From NCBI GenBank assembly GCA_026003215.1, contig BPGV01000001.1, positions 1,515,729 to 1,579,728 on the forward strand: a DNA stretch of 64,000 nt, written 5' to 3'. Each line of letters starts with the position of its first letter. Positions within the stretch are counted from its first letter, which is position 1. The notes beneath the pieces are model-generated. The model did no database searches, was not told the origin of the DNA, and saw nothing but the letters and a program-made list of their open reading frames with translations. This document shows positions 16,216 to 24,686 of the stretch, one piece after another. The DNA comes from Bacteroidia bacterium (GTDB taxonomy: Bacteria > Bacteroidota > Bacteroidia > SpSt-205). The translations under genes and the position numbers were made by a program.

Positions 16216-17009
16216 GGGTACGGCTGCTTATGCTGGTGGGGAGTGTCCTCCTCACTACCTGTAAGAAAAAAGATGACACGGGCGGCTCAGGCATAAACCT
16301 TTTTACGGTAGAAGATGATCTCAGTTTGGGGGCACAAGTGATGGCAGAGATTGAGTCTAACCCCACGGAATATCCTATCCTGGACTCAGCCCAATATGCC
16401 ACAGCGTACGCGCACCTGTATCGTATGCGTAATACCATTTTGGCGACCGGACAGCTTCAGTATGCGGACCGTTTCCCTTGGCGCATACGGATTATTCACA
16501 ATGACAGTGTGCTCAACGCTTTTTGCGCACCAGGCGGCTACATTTATGTCTATACGGGTATTATCAAGTTTCTTCACAATGAAGCGCAGCTCATAGGGGT
16601 ATTAGGGCATGAGATGGCCCATGCGGACCGTCGCCATACGACCCAGCTGCTTACTCAAGCGTATGGCGTCCAAACACTCCTTTCTCTCATCACAGGAAAT
16701 GACTCAAGTCTCCTCGCTCAGGTCATAAGCGGCCTTTTTACTTTGAGCTTTAGCCGAGATCATGAGCGCGATGCCGATGCCCACTCGGTAATCTACTTAT
16801 GTCCCACGGACTATCGGGCTGACGGCGCAGCGGATTTCTTTGAGTATATTGTTCAAGGTGGGTTGCCTCGGCCGCCGGAGTTTCTAAGTACCCATCCTGA
16901 CCCAGGGGAACGGGTCCAAAATATCCGTCAGCGGGCCCAGCAAATGGGGTGTTCTGGAACCCAAACCTATGACCAGCGATACGCCCAGCTCGTGGCCGCC
17001 CTTCCTTAG
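16212..17009 (+). CDS. M48-family zinc metallopeptidase lipoprotein
   Basis: Lipobox LLTTC, the HExxH site GHEMAHADRRH, and a downstream ER.AD motif. ATGA overlap with the S8 gene. Confidence 0.8.
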   Translation: MRVRLLMLVGSVLLTTCKKKDDTGGSGINLFTVEDDLSLGAQVMAEIESNPTEYPILDSAQYATAYAHLYRMRNTILATGQLQYADRFPWRIRIIHNDSVLNAFCAPGGYIYVYTGIIKFLHNEAQLIGVLGHEMAHADRRHTTQLLTQAYGVQTLLSLITGNDSSLLAQVISGLFTLSFSRDHERDADAHSVIYLCPTDYRADGAADFFEYIVQGGLPRPPEFLSTHPDPGERVQNIRQRAQQMGCSGTQTYDQRYAQLVAALP

Positions 17010-17397
17010 CCACATCAAAGAGACCTGCTTGTATGTCCAAGATACAGCCCGTACGCGAGCCTTTTATGAGGGGGAGTTAGGCTTGCGCTGTATCGCAGAG
17101 GAGCTCGGCAAGTATGTCTTTTTGCAAGTAGGGCCGGATATGCTGTTATGCTTCGTGCCGGAGTTTGCGTTGCAAAACCCCACTTTGCCTATCCATGGAG
17201 GTACTGCCGTTCAGCATATTGCGTTTGAAGCCCCTTCCTCAGAAGCTTATCAAGCGTGGAAAAATCACCTACAAGCCAAGGGCATACCTATAGAACATGA
17301 AGCCGTATGGCGCTTGGGACGAAGATCTTTTTACTTTAGGGACCCAGATGGGCACAGTATAGAGATTACGGAGCCGGGGATTTGGCCAGAGCCGTAG
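16969..17397 (+). CDS. VOC (glyoxalase/bleomycin-resistance/dioxygenase) family protein
   Basis: Contains HIKETCLYVQDTARTRAFYEGELGL and FYFRDPDGHSIEITE, which are typical paired beta-alpha-beta-beta-beta module motifs. Confidence 0.6.
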   Translation: MTSDTPSSWPPFLSHIKETCLYVQDTARTRAFYEGELGLRCIAEELGKYVFLQVGPDMLLCFVPEFALQNPTLPIHGGTAVQHIAFEAPSSEAYQAWKNHLQAKGIPIEHEAVWRLGRRSFYFRDPDGHSIEITEPGIWPEP

Positions 17398-18175
17398 GGG
17401 AAGTGCTCGCTGGCATAATAGGAAGTGCCGTGCCCCAAAAACGCTCCGCCAAAGCCTGAAAACGCGGATTAGGGTCAGAAACCCAGATTTGTAGGGAGGG
17501 AGGAGAGAGGTCCTCCGCCCGCGGTAGCGTGGTGGCCACAGCTTCAGCCAAGAGTCGGGCCGTGCTGAGGATTTGTACGGGCTTCCCTGTTGTTTGGTAA
17601 TACCGCCTGATAGCTGGCTCGATCAGCGGGTAATGCGTACAAGCTAAGAGGAGGGTATCTATCTCGCCTAAGGCTGAGAGGTAAGTCTCTATAGTAGCGT
17701 GGGTAGCCGGATGGTCCAGCCAGCCTTCTTCAATCATCGGCACGAGGAGGGGTGTGGGGCGTTCCTGCACAAGGTAGCCAGCCTCCCGCAAGGGGTCCCT
17801 ATAAACTCCCGAAGTGATAGTGGTGTAAGTACCTATAATCCCGATAGTGGCCGGAGTGCTATTGAGTAGTCGGGCCAGGGCTGGCTGAATGGCGTCAAAT
17901 ACGGGGAGACCTTGAGCTGCTTCAACGGCTACTTCGTGCGCCACAGCGGAAGCAGTATTACAGGCGATTACAATCGCTTCGGCGCCTTTTTCCACCAAGA
18001 AAGACACTATCTCCCGCGTGTAGGCACGTATCTGGGCCGGCGACTTATCCCCGTAAGGCAAGTGCGCCGTATCCCCATAATACAAGAGCGAAAGGTCGGG
18101 TCGGAGCTGATGGAGGTAGCGAGCCGTGATAAGCCCCCCTAACCCCGAATCAAAGAGACCGACCGTACCCTTCAC
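17366..18175 (-). CDS. murI: glutamate racemase
   Basis: Contains GLFDSGLGGL, IACNTASA and LACTHYPL, including both catalytic Cys motifs. Confidence 0.9.
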   Translation of the reverse strand: MKGTVGLFDSGLGGLITARYLHQLRPDLSLLYYGDTAHLPYGDKSPAQIRAYTREIVSFLVEKGAEAIVIACNTASAVAHEVAVEAAQGLPVFDAIQPALARLLNSTPATIGIIGTYTTITSGVYRDPLREAGYLVQERPTPLLVPMIEEGWLDHPATHATIETYLSALGEIDTLLLACTHYPLIEPAIRRYYQTTGKPVQILSTARLLAEAVATTLPRAEDLSPPSLQIWVSDPNPRFQALAERFWGTALPIMPASTSPTALAKSPAP

Positions 18176-18813
18176 TTTTTCGGAGAGGCGGGAGAAGGGG
18201 TACCCCCGGTAGCAGGTGGGGAAAGGGGAGCGCTACCCGTAGTGTCGGGGCGTTGGATTTTGGAAGTATCTACGCCTAACCGTTTCAGTAGCTTTTCGGT
18301 AACATCGTCACCTTTGGGTCCATGCAGAATAAATGCTACCCCTGTGGAGTTGGAGTTATTCAGGATATAGTCGTACCCCTCCGCTGCAGCCAGCTCGTCT
18401 ATAGCTTTTTGCAGTTTTTCAATAACGGGCTGGAGAAGCTCTGCTTTCTTTTTGAGGTAGTTTTGCTCGGATTCTTCCTGGAAGCGTTTGATTTCCTCAT
18501 CTAAGCGGAGGATCTCTTTGCGGCGTTCTTCTTCTTGAGCGGGGGTAAGCTTGCCTTGCTGCTTGAGCTCCGTGTATTCTTCTACCTTGGTTTGGAGGTA
18601 GCTTTGTTTGATATTGAGCTGTTCTATGACTTTGCGTTCGTAGGTACGGAGCTGCTGTTCTACCTGTTGGGCTTCGGGGAGGTAGCTGAGGACCAACTCT
18701 AAGTTCGTGTAGCCAATGCGGAGGGGTTTGTGGGTGGGTTGAGCCGGCGAAACGGAGGGCTGGCTGCAGGAGAAAAGAATCCCCAGCCCAATCACACGCA
18801 TGTATCGCTGCAT
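18172..18813 (-). CDS. OmpH/Skp-family periplasmic chaperone
   Basis: Signal peptide MQRYMRVIGLGILFSCS, followed by a long coiled-coil region with K/E/Q-rich repeats. The start is trimmed to the ATG at 18813, 4 nt after a -7 box. Confidence 0.75.
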   Translation of the reverse strand: MQRYMRVIGLGILFSCSQPSVSPAQPTHKPLRIGYTNLELVLSYLPEAQQVEQQLRTYERKVIEQLNIKQSYLQTKVEEYTELKQQGKLTPAQEEERRKEILRLDEEIKRFQEESEQNYLKKKAELLQPVIEKLQKAIDELAAAEGYDYILNNSNSTGVAFILHGPKGDDVTEKLLKRLGVDTSKIQRPDTTGSAPLSPPATGGTPSPASPKK

Positions 18814-18817
18814 GGGG

Positions 18818-18825
18818 CAAAGGTA
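18818..18825 (-). promoter_or_regulatory. putative -7 box TACCTTTG, 4 nt upstream of the ompH-like ATG
   Basis: Minus strand reads TACCTTTG-CCCC-ATG. Confidence 0.5.
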
Positions 18826-18844
18826 GGCTTTTAGGGGGAGACAG

Positions 18845-18883
18845 GTAAATAAAAAGGCCCCTTTCCGAAAGAAAGGGGCCTTT
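18845..18883 (-). terminator. intrinsic terminator after the fibre-like gene
   Basis: Perfect 13-bp stem AAAGGCCCCTTTC/GAAAGGGGCCTTT (18853-18865 and 18871-18883) with a 5-nt loop. On the minus strand it is followed by TTTTTATTTAC. Confidence 0.7.
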
Positions 18884-18908
18884 CTGGGTCTGGGAGAATG
18901 GGCGTGGG

Positions 18909-20633
18909 CTACGGGCAGTTTGTGCCGACCAAGATGCCTTTGGAGAAGATGAGCTGGCAAGGGGCTCCACCAGCGCCCATCACATTAACGGTACGGGTGA
19001 GGCCGGGCTGGCCTGCTGCGCGGAAGGTGCCTGTGCCGGCTACTTCTATGTTACCAGTACCTCGGGCCTCCAGGGAACCATTTTCTATGAGGATGCCCCG
19101 ATTATTCCAGGTGGAAACGATATGCAAGGGGGCATCTGGTAGCTGCGTGCCGATGCCGACCCAGCCATCGCCTATACCATAGTCTATAGAACCCAAACGA
19201 CTGTGGTTGTACATCCCGGCGATGAATACCCCCGGAATGCGGTTAGGGTAGGCGGTGGGGGGTTGGGTAGGGTCAGGCGTAGGGAAAGGGTTGGCGCTCC
19301 AAGGGGCAGCGTTATCTTTTTCCCGCACAAGGAAGCGGTACCCATTATAGAAGCGGGCGCTATATTGGTTGCTTAGAATAGAACGGAGCATAGAGACGGA
19401 ACGGCTGGTGGGGGACCCAGGATCATCACCAATCTGGTAAGAACCGGGATGTGTAGTGGAGACATATTTACCGAGGGCTACGGCCCCAGTGGCAGTAGCC
19501 TCACTTGCTACCCCTGCTACAAAGGTGAGGGTCCCGGAGGCTTTCACGTTTAGCCCTACGGCAAAGGAACCATACCCTATATTGGCTGGATCGGCATGGT
19601 CGGTCTGATTAGGCGAGAAGGGGTCATCGGGGCGGGGATTTATCCCTACGGCTCGCCATGCAGCTCGCTCTGGCAGCCAGAGGATACGCGTACCCGGACC
19701 GGTGGGGATCCCCGTGATAGGAGGAGGGGCTGCGGGGTTATAGATGGGAGCAGAGAGGATGAGTTGGCCATTTTCAATAAGGGTGCGGCCTCGGGCTACC
19801 AAGGCATACTGTTGGTCGGCTGCGGCGGGTGCAGTAGGGGTGGCCAAGGTCCCCGTTGCCGGCACAAGGGCATTTGTATTGAAAGCCAAGACGCCGGCAG
19901 CATATGTAGGCGATACGGTGCCTATGTAAGGGGCCGCATCTCCCACGGCACCCCATACCCCGATAGCACGGCCAGTCGTATTATCGGCGCGACCGCGTAA
20001 ACCTACATTAGCCCCGGCCTGATTAGCATTTACCACGCTCCCTACCCCGATGAGATAAGTAGCATCGCCGGCCGTTACTACCTCCACCCCATGGGCTACG
20101 TTGCCTGCACCAGCCAAGGTAGAGGTAAAGAGGTTAGCACTAAGACTCGCGGCGCCATTGCTATTCACGGTCACTTGGAGACCTCCTGCGTTACCGCCTG
20201 CTATATGCACCTGCTTGGCTGTGGTGGCGGTGTTGATTCGCACTTCGCCGGTGCTGAGGACCCGCAAGCGTTCGGTGTTGTTGGTTCGGATGACGAGGTC
20301 GGCGGCGTCTATGGTCCCGAGGAAGTTAGTGGCGGGATTAGTGCCGCTGTTTCCTAAGAGAAGCCAAGCGTTAGACTGGCCTGGAGAGAGGACCCACTGA
20401 TTGGTGGTAGCGTCCCACTGGAGGAGGTCTCCGTTGTTCTGACCGCGCACCTCGCCTAAGACGCCTTGGGCATCGGCCCCTACGAGGCGGAAGGGCGAGA
20501 GAAGCGGATTAAGGGTCCGAATACGGGCATCACCTGCTACATCTAATTTGTTGGTAGGTGTGGTCGTCCCAATACCTACTTGCGCCCAGAGAGAGGTTAA
20601 AGCAAGCCAAACCGCTATTATGCGCATAGTCAT
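18909..20633 (-). CDS. secreted tail-fibre-like / YadA-head-like repetitive beta-rich protein
   Basis: Signal peptide, then VGIGTTTPTNKLDVAG, WLLLGNSGTNPATNFLGTIDAADLVIRTNNTERLRV and GTLTFVAGVASEATATGAVALG. These are motifs I associate with Bacteroidota tail-fibre-domain proteins. The C-terminus is ...GAPCQLIFSKGILVGTNCP. Confidence 0.45.
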   Translation of the reverse strand: MTMRIIAVWLALTSLWAQVGIGTTTPTNKLDVAGDARIRTLNPLLSPFRLVGADAQGVLGEVRGQNNGDLLQWDATTNQWVLSPGQSNAWLLLGNSGTNPATNFLGTIDAADLVIRTNNTERLRVLSTGEVRINTATTAKQVHIAGGNAGGLQVTVNSNGAASLSANLFTSTLAGAGNVAHGVEVVTAGDATYLIGVGSVVNANQAGANVGLRGRADNTTGRAIGVWGAVGDAAPYIGTVSPTYAAGVLAFNTNALVPATGTLATPTAPAAADQQYALVARGRTLIENGQLILSAPIYNPAAPPPITGIPTGPGTRILWLPERAAWRAVGINPRPDDPFSPNQTDHADPANIGYGSFAVGLNVKASGTLTFVAGVASEATATGAVALGKYVSTTHPGSYQIGDDPGSPTSRSVSMLRSILSNQYSARFYNGYRFLVREKDNAAPWSANPFPTPDPTQPPTAYPNRIPGVFIAGMYNHSRLGSIDYGIGDGWVGIGTQLPDAPLHIVSTWNNRGILIENGSLEARGTGNIEVAGTGTFRAAGQPGLTRTVNVMGAGGAPCQLIFSKGILVGTNCP

Positions 20634-20648
20634 AGGATATATTGCATT

Positions 20649-21884
20649 TTATCGGATTACAGTTACCGTCCCTGCGCGTTCTGTGTAACGGCCATCTGAG
20701 AGATAGCCCCGTACTACAAAGACGTAGGCATCTTCGGGGACATGTTCGCCTTTTTGGGTGAGGCCATTCCAGCGGATAGGTCCTTCCGGACCTTGTTCAC
20801 CGCGCCAGATGAGGAGGCCCCAGCGATCATAAATCCGCAGCTCTACGCGTACAAAGCCGCGGTAGTAGATCAGAAACTCATCGTTGCTCCCATCGCCGTT
20901 GGGGGAAAAGACATTAGGCACATAGATGACGTACGGTAAGCGAGTGCGGGCCAAAGCAAAGTTAGGCGAGGAGAAGTTGGAGTAGTTTTGGCTCTCCATA
21001 TAGGCGCTTTGGGTCATGCCTGTCTGAGGAATGCCCGCACTGCGATTGATAAGGGTATTGACAGCCTCCCAACGGTTGGCTGGAACCTCCCAGTGCGCGA
21101 GGGTGTCTTTGTAGGTGTCGCTGGCTTCGTCGTACCAAATGCGGAGGGTAATGGGGTCGGATCCAACAGCTCTTTCTACGATGTGGTAGAAAAACTCATT
21201 CGCCTGGTCTATCGGCGAGCGGACTGAGGTACGGTCGTACCCTTCTGTGGTGGGGTCTACATTCGCAAAACGCACGAGGAAGGTATGAGGGGCAGCCGAA
21301 GGAGTTACTTCCACGGGTCTATACCGGAAAGGCCCCAACTGCCGATCCCCTACGGGAAAAAGGTAGGAAGCCACTCTATCGGTGCGCCGTCCTAACCGTC
21401 CTACGCCGGTGCTGCTCACAAAACCACTGGTGCGTGCAATAGCTGCAGGGTCTGGGTTTTCTACCATCATGGTTTGGCGATTGGTGCGTAGCTCACAGTC
21501 ATTCAGCACCAGGAAGTTTTGGATACGGCCATCCGCGCCAATCATTTCTTTAAGGTCGCCCCCATTATTGAAAAGTTGAATGCTATTATAGAAGGTGGGG
21601 GTAGGTCCTACGAGCCGTTGATAGCCACCTACGAGCCAGAGCCATCCATCCCGCGGCGTTACAAACCCGTCCCCTGAGGAGGAGTTTATCCAGTCTCCGG
21701 TGAGCCATACCACACCAGCGTTATTTTCGATAATGCCAGCTCCATCTACTTGTAGGTCGCCGGGGGGAGCCCCCACTACGGCTAAGGTTTCCTGCGGCGC
21801 AATATAGACCGTTTCGTTTAGGACATACATCTCTTGGGCATAAAGGCCACTCAGCAAGCCCACAAGCAAAATGGCTTTACCCAT
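20649..21884 (-). CDS. T9SS type B sorting domain (gliding-motility C-terminal domain) protein
   Basis: C-terminus is VPNVFSPNGDGSNDEFLIYY...LRIYDRWGLLIW...WNGL...YVFVV, the CHU_C/type B CTD. Signal peptide MGKAILLVGLLSGLYAQ; start trimmed to 21884. Confidence 0.75.
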   Translation of the reverse strand: MGKAILLVGLLSGLYAQEMYVLNETVYIAPQETLAVVGAPPGDLQVDGAGIIENNAGVVWLTGDWINSSSGDGFVTPRDGWLWLVGGYQRLVGPTPTFYNSIQLFNNGGDLKEMIGADGRIQNFLVLNDCELRTNRQTMMVENPDPAAIARTSGFVSSTGVGRLGRRTDRVASYLFPVGDRQLGPFRYRPVEVTPSAAPHTFLVRFANVDPTTEGYDRTSVRSPIDQANEFFYHIVERAVGSDPITLRIWYDEASDTYKDTLAHWEVPANRWEAVNTLINRSAGIPQTGMTQSAYMESQNYSNFSSPNFALARTRLPYVIYVPNVFSPNGDGSNDEFLIYYRGFVRVELRIYDRWGLLIWRGEQGPEGPIRWNGLTQKGEHVPEDAYVFVVRGYLSDGRYTERAGTVTVIR

Positions 21885-22536
21885 AATGGGATAGGGTTTT
21901 AGACAAAGGTAAGTTTTTTTTAGGAATAGGCGATACATAAGTAGAGTTCTTAATCCAGTAGCGCCAGGGGAGGAGGGCATCTGGGCCAGCGTAAGCTACA
22001 CCGATGCGGGGACCTGTGGCTATTTCAAAAGGAGGATGAGGTTGCTCCCAAAGGAAAATGTGCGGATGGGTGGGGAGATACTGGCCGGACCAGGTGCGCG
22101 GTATGCCTAAGGCTTGGGTGAGGCTTCCGGGGCCGACAGTCAGGCGTGAGAGAGGGGCCCCTTTGCGGCGCTGTTGCATAAGGGGAATGCCCCACGAGGG
22201 TTCGCCGGCTCGGATGAGTACGGCACAGGGATTGCCTTCTTCGCTGGTGACGATATTGAGGAGGGTATGGAGGCCGTAGCAGAGGTAGATATAAAGCGTA
22301 CCGCCTTTGTCGTACATGGGTTTGGTGCGGAGCGTGTAACGGCCACCGTATGCATGACAGGCCCGATCTTGTGCCCCGCCGTAGGCTTCTACTTCGGTGA
22401 TACGCACGGCCGCGCTCCCCTCTGGCAGACGCACTTCTAATACCTTGCCCAATAGCCCCTGGGCGACTGTCCATACATCTTGTTCAAAAAAATCTTCTGG
22501 TATCGGCGTAAGGTCGAGGGACTGAGGCTTTATCAT
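21877..22536 (-). CDS. mpg: DNA-3-methyladenine glycosylase (Mpg/AAG family)
   Basis: Contains LLGKVLEV...RITEVEAYGG.QDRACHAYGGR.T.RT..MY..GG.LYIYLCYG.H..LNIV, typical of PF02245. Confidence 0.85.
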   Translation of the reverse strand: MIKPQSLDLTPIPEDFFEQDVWTVAQGLLGKVLEVRLPEGSAAVRITEVEAYGGAQDRACHAYGGRYTLRTKPMYDKGGTLYIYLCYGLHTLLNIVTSEEGNPCAVLIRAGEPSWGIPLMQQRRKGAPLSRLTVGPGSLTQALGIPRTWSGQYLPTHPHIFLWEQPHPPFEIATGPRIGVAYAGPDALLPWRYWIKNSTYVSPIPKKNLPLSKTLSHYG

Positions 22537-22539
22537 GGA

Positions 22540-23094
22540 TTACTTGAGGAAGTAAGCAAATATTATACCAGCGGCGGCTCCTCCTATATGAGCCCAATGA
22601 TTGACATACCCCCGTTCATTCTGGCCTTCGTATACGCTATAGGCGATGTATAAGAGCGCAAATAGCCACGCTGGCATCGGCAGCAGAAAGAATATGAGGA
22701 GTTTCGCGGTAGGGTTGTGGAGAATGAAGGCAAAAAGTACCGCGTTCACGACGCCCGAAAGACCGATGCTCACATGCTGGGGAGAACGTTGATAGCGCCA
22801 GAGGGTTAGCAATCCGCTTCCCAGGAGGCCGGTAAGTAAAAGCCCTATGTATTTTTCTGGCCCATAATAAGCCTCCATCACTCTCCCAAAAGACAAAAAC
22901 ACGATAGCATTCACCAGGAGATGGGTAAGGTCCGCATGGAAGAAAATGCTGGTGAGCAAGCGATGCCATTCTCCTCGCAGCACTCGGTACGGCATCAGGC
23001 CCCACCGGTACCAATAAGCTGTACCGCTGGTCCATCCCCACAGGGAAGCTACGGCACATCCTCCAAGGACAAGCGTCGTAATAGACACGCACAA
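22540..23094 (-). CDS. rhomboid-family intramembrane serine protease
   Basis: Polytopic, with the GxSG motif GLSGVVNAV and the His motif HWAHIGGAAAG. The TTG at 23094 is part of a TATATTTG box, so the GTG at 23088 is the more likely start. Confidence 0.75.
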   Translation of the reverse strand: MCVSITTLVLGGCAVASLWGWTSGTAYWYRWGLMPYRVLRGEWHRLLTSIFFHADLTHLLVNAIVFLSFGRVMEAYYGPEKYIGLLLTGLLGSGLLTLWRYQRSPQHVSIGLSGVVNAVLFAFILHNPTAKLLIFFLLPMPAWLFALLYIAYSVYEGQNERGYVNHWAHIGGAAAGIIFAYFLK

Positions 23095-23099
23095 ATATA
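23092..23099 (-). promoter_or_regulatory. putative -7 box TATATTTG, 3 nt upstream of the GTG at 23088 (rhomboid)
   Basis: Exact TAnnTTTG on the minus strand. It is divergent from the DUF2795 box. Confidence 0.45.
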
Positions 23100-23115
23100 A
23101 GTGCCCAAGAAGGCT

Positions 23116-23123
23116 TATTTTTG
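23116..23123 (+). promoter_or_regulatory. putative -7 box TATTTTTG, 7 nt upstream of the ATG at 23131
   Basis: Sequence reads TATTTTTG-CCCCGCT-ATG. Confidence 0.5.
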
Positions 23124-23130
23124 CCCCGCT

Positions 23131-23352
23131 ATGTACTGGACGCTGGAGCTGGCTTCCTACTTAAAGGATGCTCCATGGCCCGCTACCCGAAACGAACTCA
23201 TAGATTATGCAGAGCGGATAGGAGCACCCTTGGAAGTAATAGAGAACCTGCGGGAGCTACCCGATGACGATACCATTTACGAAAACATAGAGGATGTCTG
23301 GCCAGACTACCCCTCGCAGGATGAGTTCTTTTTTGAGGAGGATGAAGACTAA
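23131..23352 (+). CDS. DUF2795-like small acidic protein
   Basis: The sequence MYWTLELASYLKDAPWPATRNELIDYAERIGAPLEVIENLRELPD matches my recollection of the DUF2795 pattern. The tail is acidic. Confidence 0.55.
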   Translation: MYWTLELASYLKDAPWPATRNELIDYAERIGAPLEVIENLRELPDDDTIYENIEDVWPDYPSQDEFFFEEDED

Positions 23353-23370
23353 AAAATCATTACTATTGTC

Positions 23371-24684
23371 GTGATTGCGCAGATTATATTTTTCCTGATA
23401 CTGGTGGGGGCGATAGCCCTTTTTGTGTATCATGTACGTCTCCTACGAAAAACGATTTTGCTGGGACGGGATGAACCTGTGGAAGGGCGTAAGGCTGAGC
23501 GTTGGAGGCAAATGCTACGCGTAGCGGTTTTTCAGCAGCGGATGATGGATCGGCCTGTAGCAGCCATAGCCCACTGGGCCATCTATGTGGGGTTTCTGGT
23601 GATAAATGTGGAAGTGACAGAAATTATAGCCGATGGCCTTATCGGGGGACATCGGTTACTGGCCCCGCTTTTAGGCCCTCTATATAGCTTGATTACAACA
23701 GGCGCAGAGGTATTTATGGCGTTGGTTTTTGTGGCAGCGGTAGTTTTTCTCTGGCGCAGGAATGTAGCCAAGCTGCCGCGCTTCCACACCGCAGAAATGC
23801 GCGGCTGGCCCCCCTTGGATGCAAATATTATCCTCTGGACCGAGATTGTGTTGGTGGTGGCATTATTAATAATGAATGCTGCGGACCAAGCCCTCCAACA
23901 AAAAGCTATTTATCCAAGTGTGGGCACTTTCCCAGTGAGTCAGGCGTTTGTCTCTTTTTTTGTCCCGCTGTCAGAGGGGACGCTCATTTTTATTGAGCGT
24001 ACGGCCTGGTGGGTACATATTTTGGGCATCCTCGCTTTTTTGAATTATATCCCCTTTTCTAAGCATCTCCACATTTTCTTGGCCTTTCCGAATACCTATT
24101 ATGCCCCCCTTCGGCCCGTAGGGGAAATCCCTTCTCTTCCGCAGGTTACGGCGGTGGTAAAAGAAGCCTTAGGCCTTCCGCAGGAGGGGGAAGCGGCTTC
24201 GTCGGAGACCCCCTCTACCTTAGGCGCCAAGGATGTGACCGACCTCAGTTGGAAAAACCTCTTAGATGCCTATACCTGTACAGAATGCGGACGCTGCACC
24301 TCCGTATGCCCGGCTAACCTCACCGGTAAAAAACTTTCTCCGCGTAAAATCCTCATGGACACCCGCGATCGGCTCGAGGAGATAAAGAAGCATTTACACA
24401 AAAACGGCCGTTGGACGCCGGATGGAAAGGCGCTTTTAGGTGACTACATTACGCCTGAGGAGCTATGGGCTTGTACGACCTGTAATGCATGCGTGCGGGC
24501 CTGTCCTGTGCTTATCAATCCTGTTTCTATTATTGTACAGCTGCGGGAATACTTAGTGATGGAAGCTTCCCAAGCACCGGAGACACTGAATGCAGCGTTT
24601 GTGAATATGGAAAACAACGGCTCGCCCTGGGCTTTTCCTTCGGCGGACCGGGCAAAATGGGCTGAAAACCTTATCCAGGCATAA
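23371..24684 (+). CDS. membrane NarI/DsrM-like cytochrome b domain fused to a 2x[4Fe-4S] ferredoxin domain
   Basis: The N-terminal part has 5-6 TM helices and the NarI-like motif IPFSKHLHIF. The C-terminal part has CTECGRCTSVCP and CTTCNACVRACP. Confidence 0.65.
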   Translation: MIAQIIFFLILVGAIALFVYHVRLLRKTILLGRDEPVEGRKAERWRQMLRVAVFQQRMMDRPVAAIAHWAIYVGFLVINVEVTEIIADGLIGGHRLLAPLLGPLYSLITTGAEVFMALVFVAAVVFLWRRNVAKLPRFHTAEMRGWPPLDANIILWTEIVLVVALLIMNAADQALQQKAIYPSVGTFPVSQAFVSFFVPLSEGTLIFIERTAWWVHILGILAFLNYIPFSKHLHIFLAFPNTYYAPLRPVGEIPSLPQVTAVVKEALGLPQEGEAASSETPSTLGAKDVTDLSWKNLLDAYTCTECGRCTSVCPANLTGKKLSPRKILMDTRDRLEEIKKHLHKNGRWTPDGKALLGDYITPEELWACTTCNACVRACPVLINPVSIIVQLREYLVMEASQAPETLNAAFVNMENNGSPWAFPSADRAKWAENLIQA

Positions 24685-24686
24685 GT

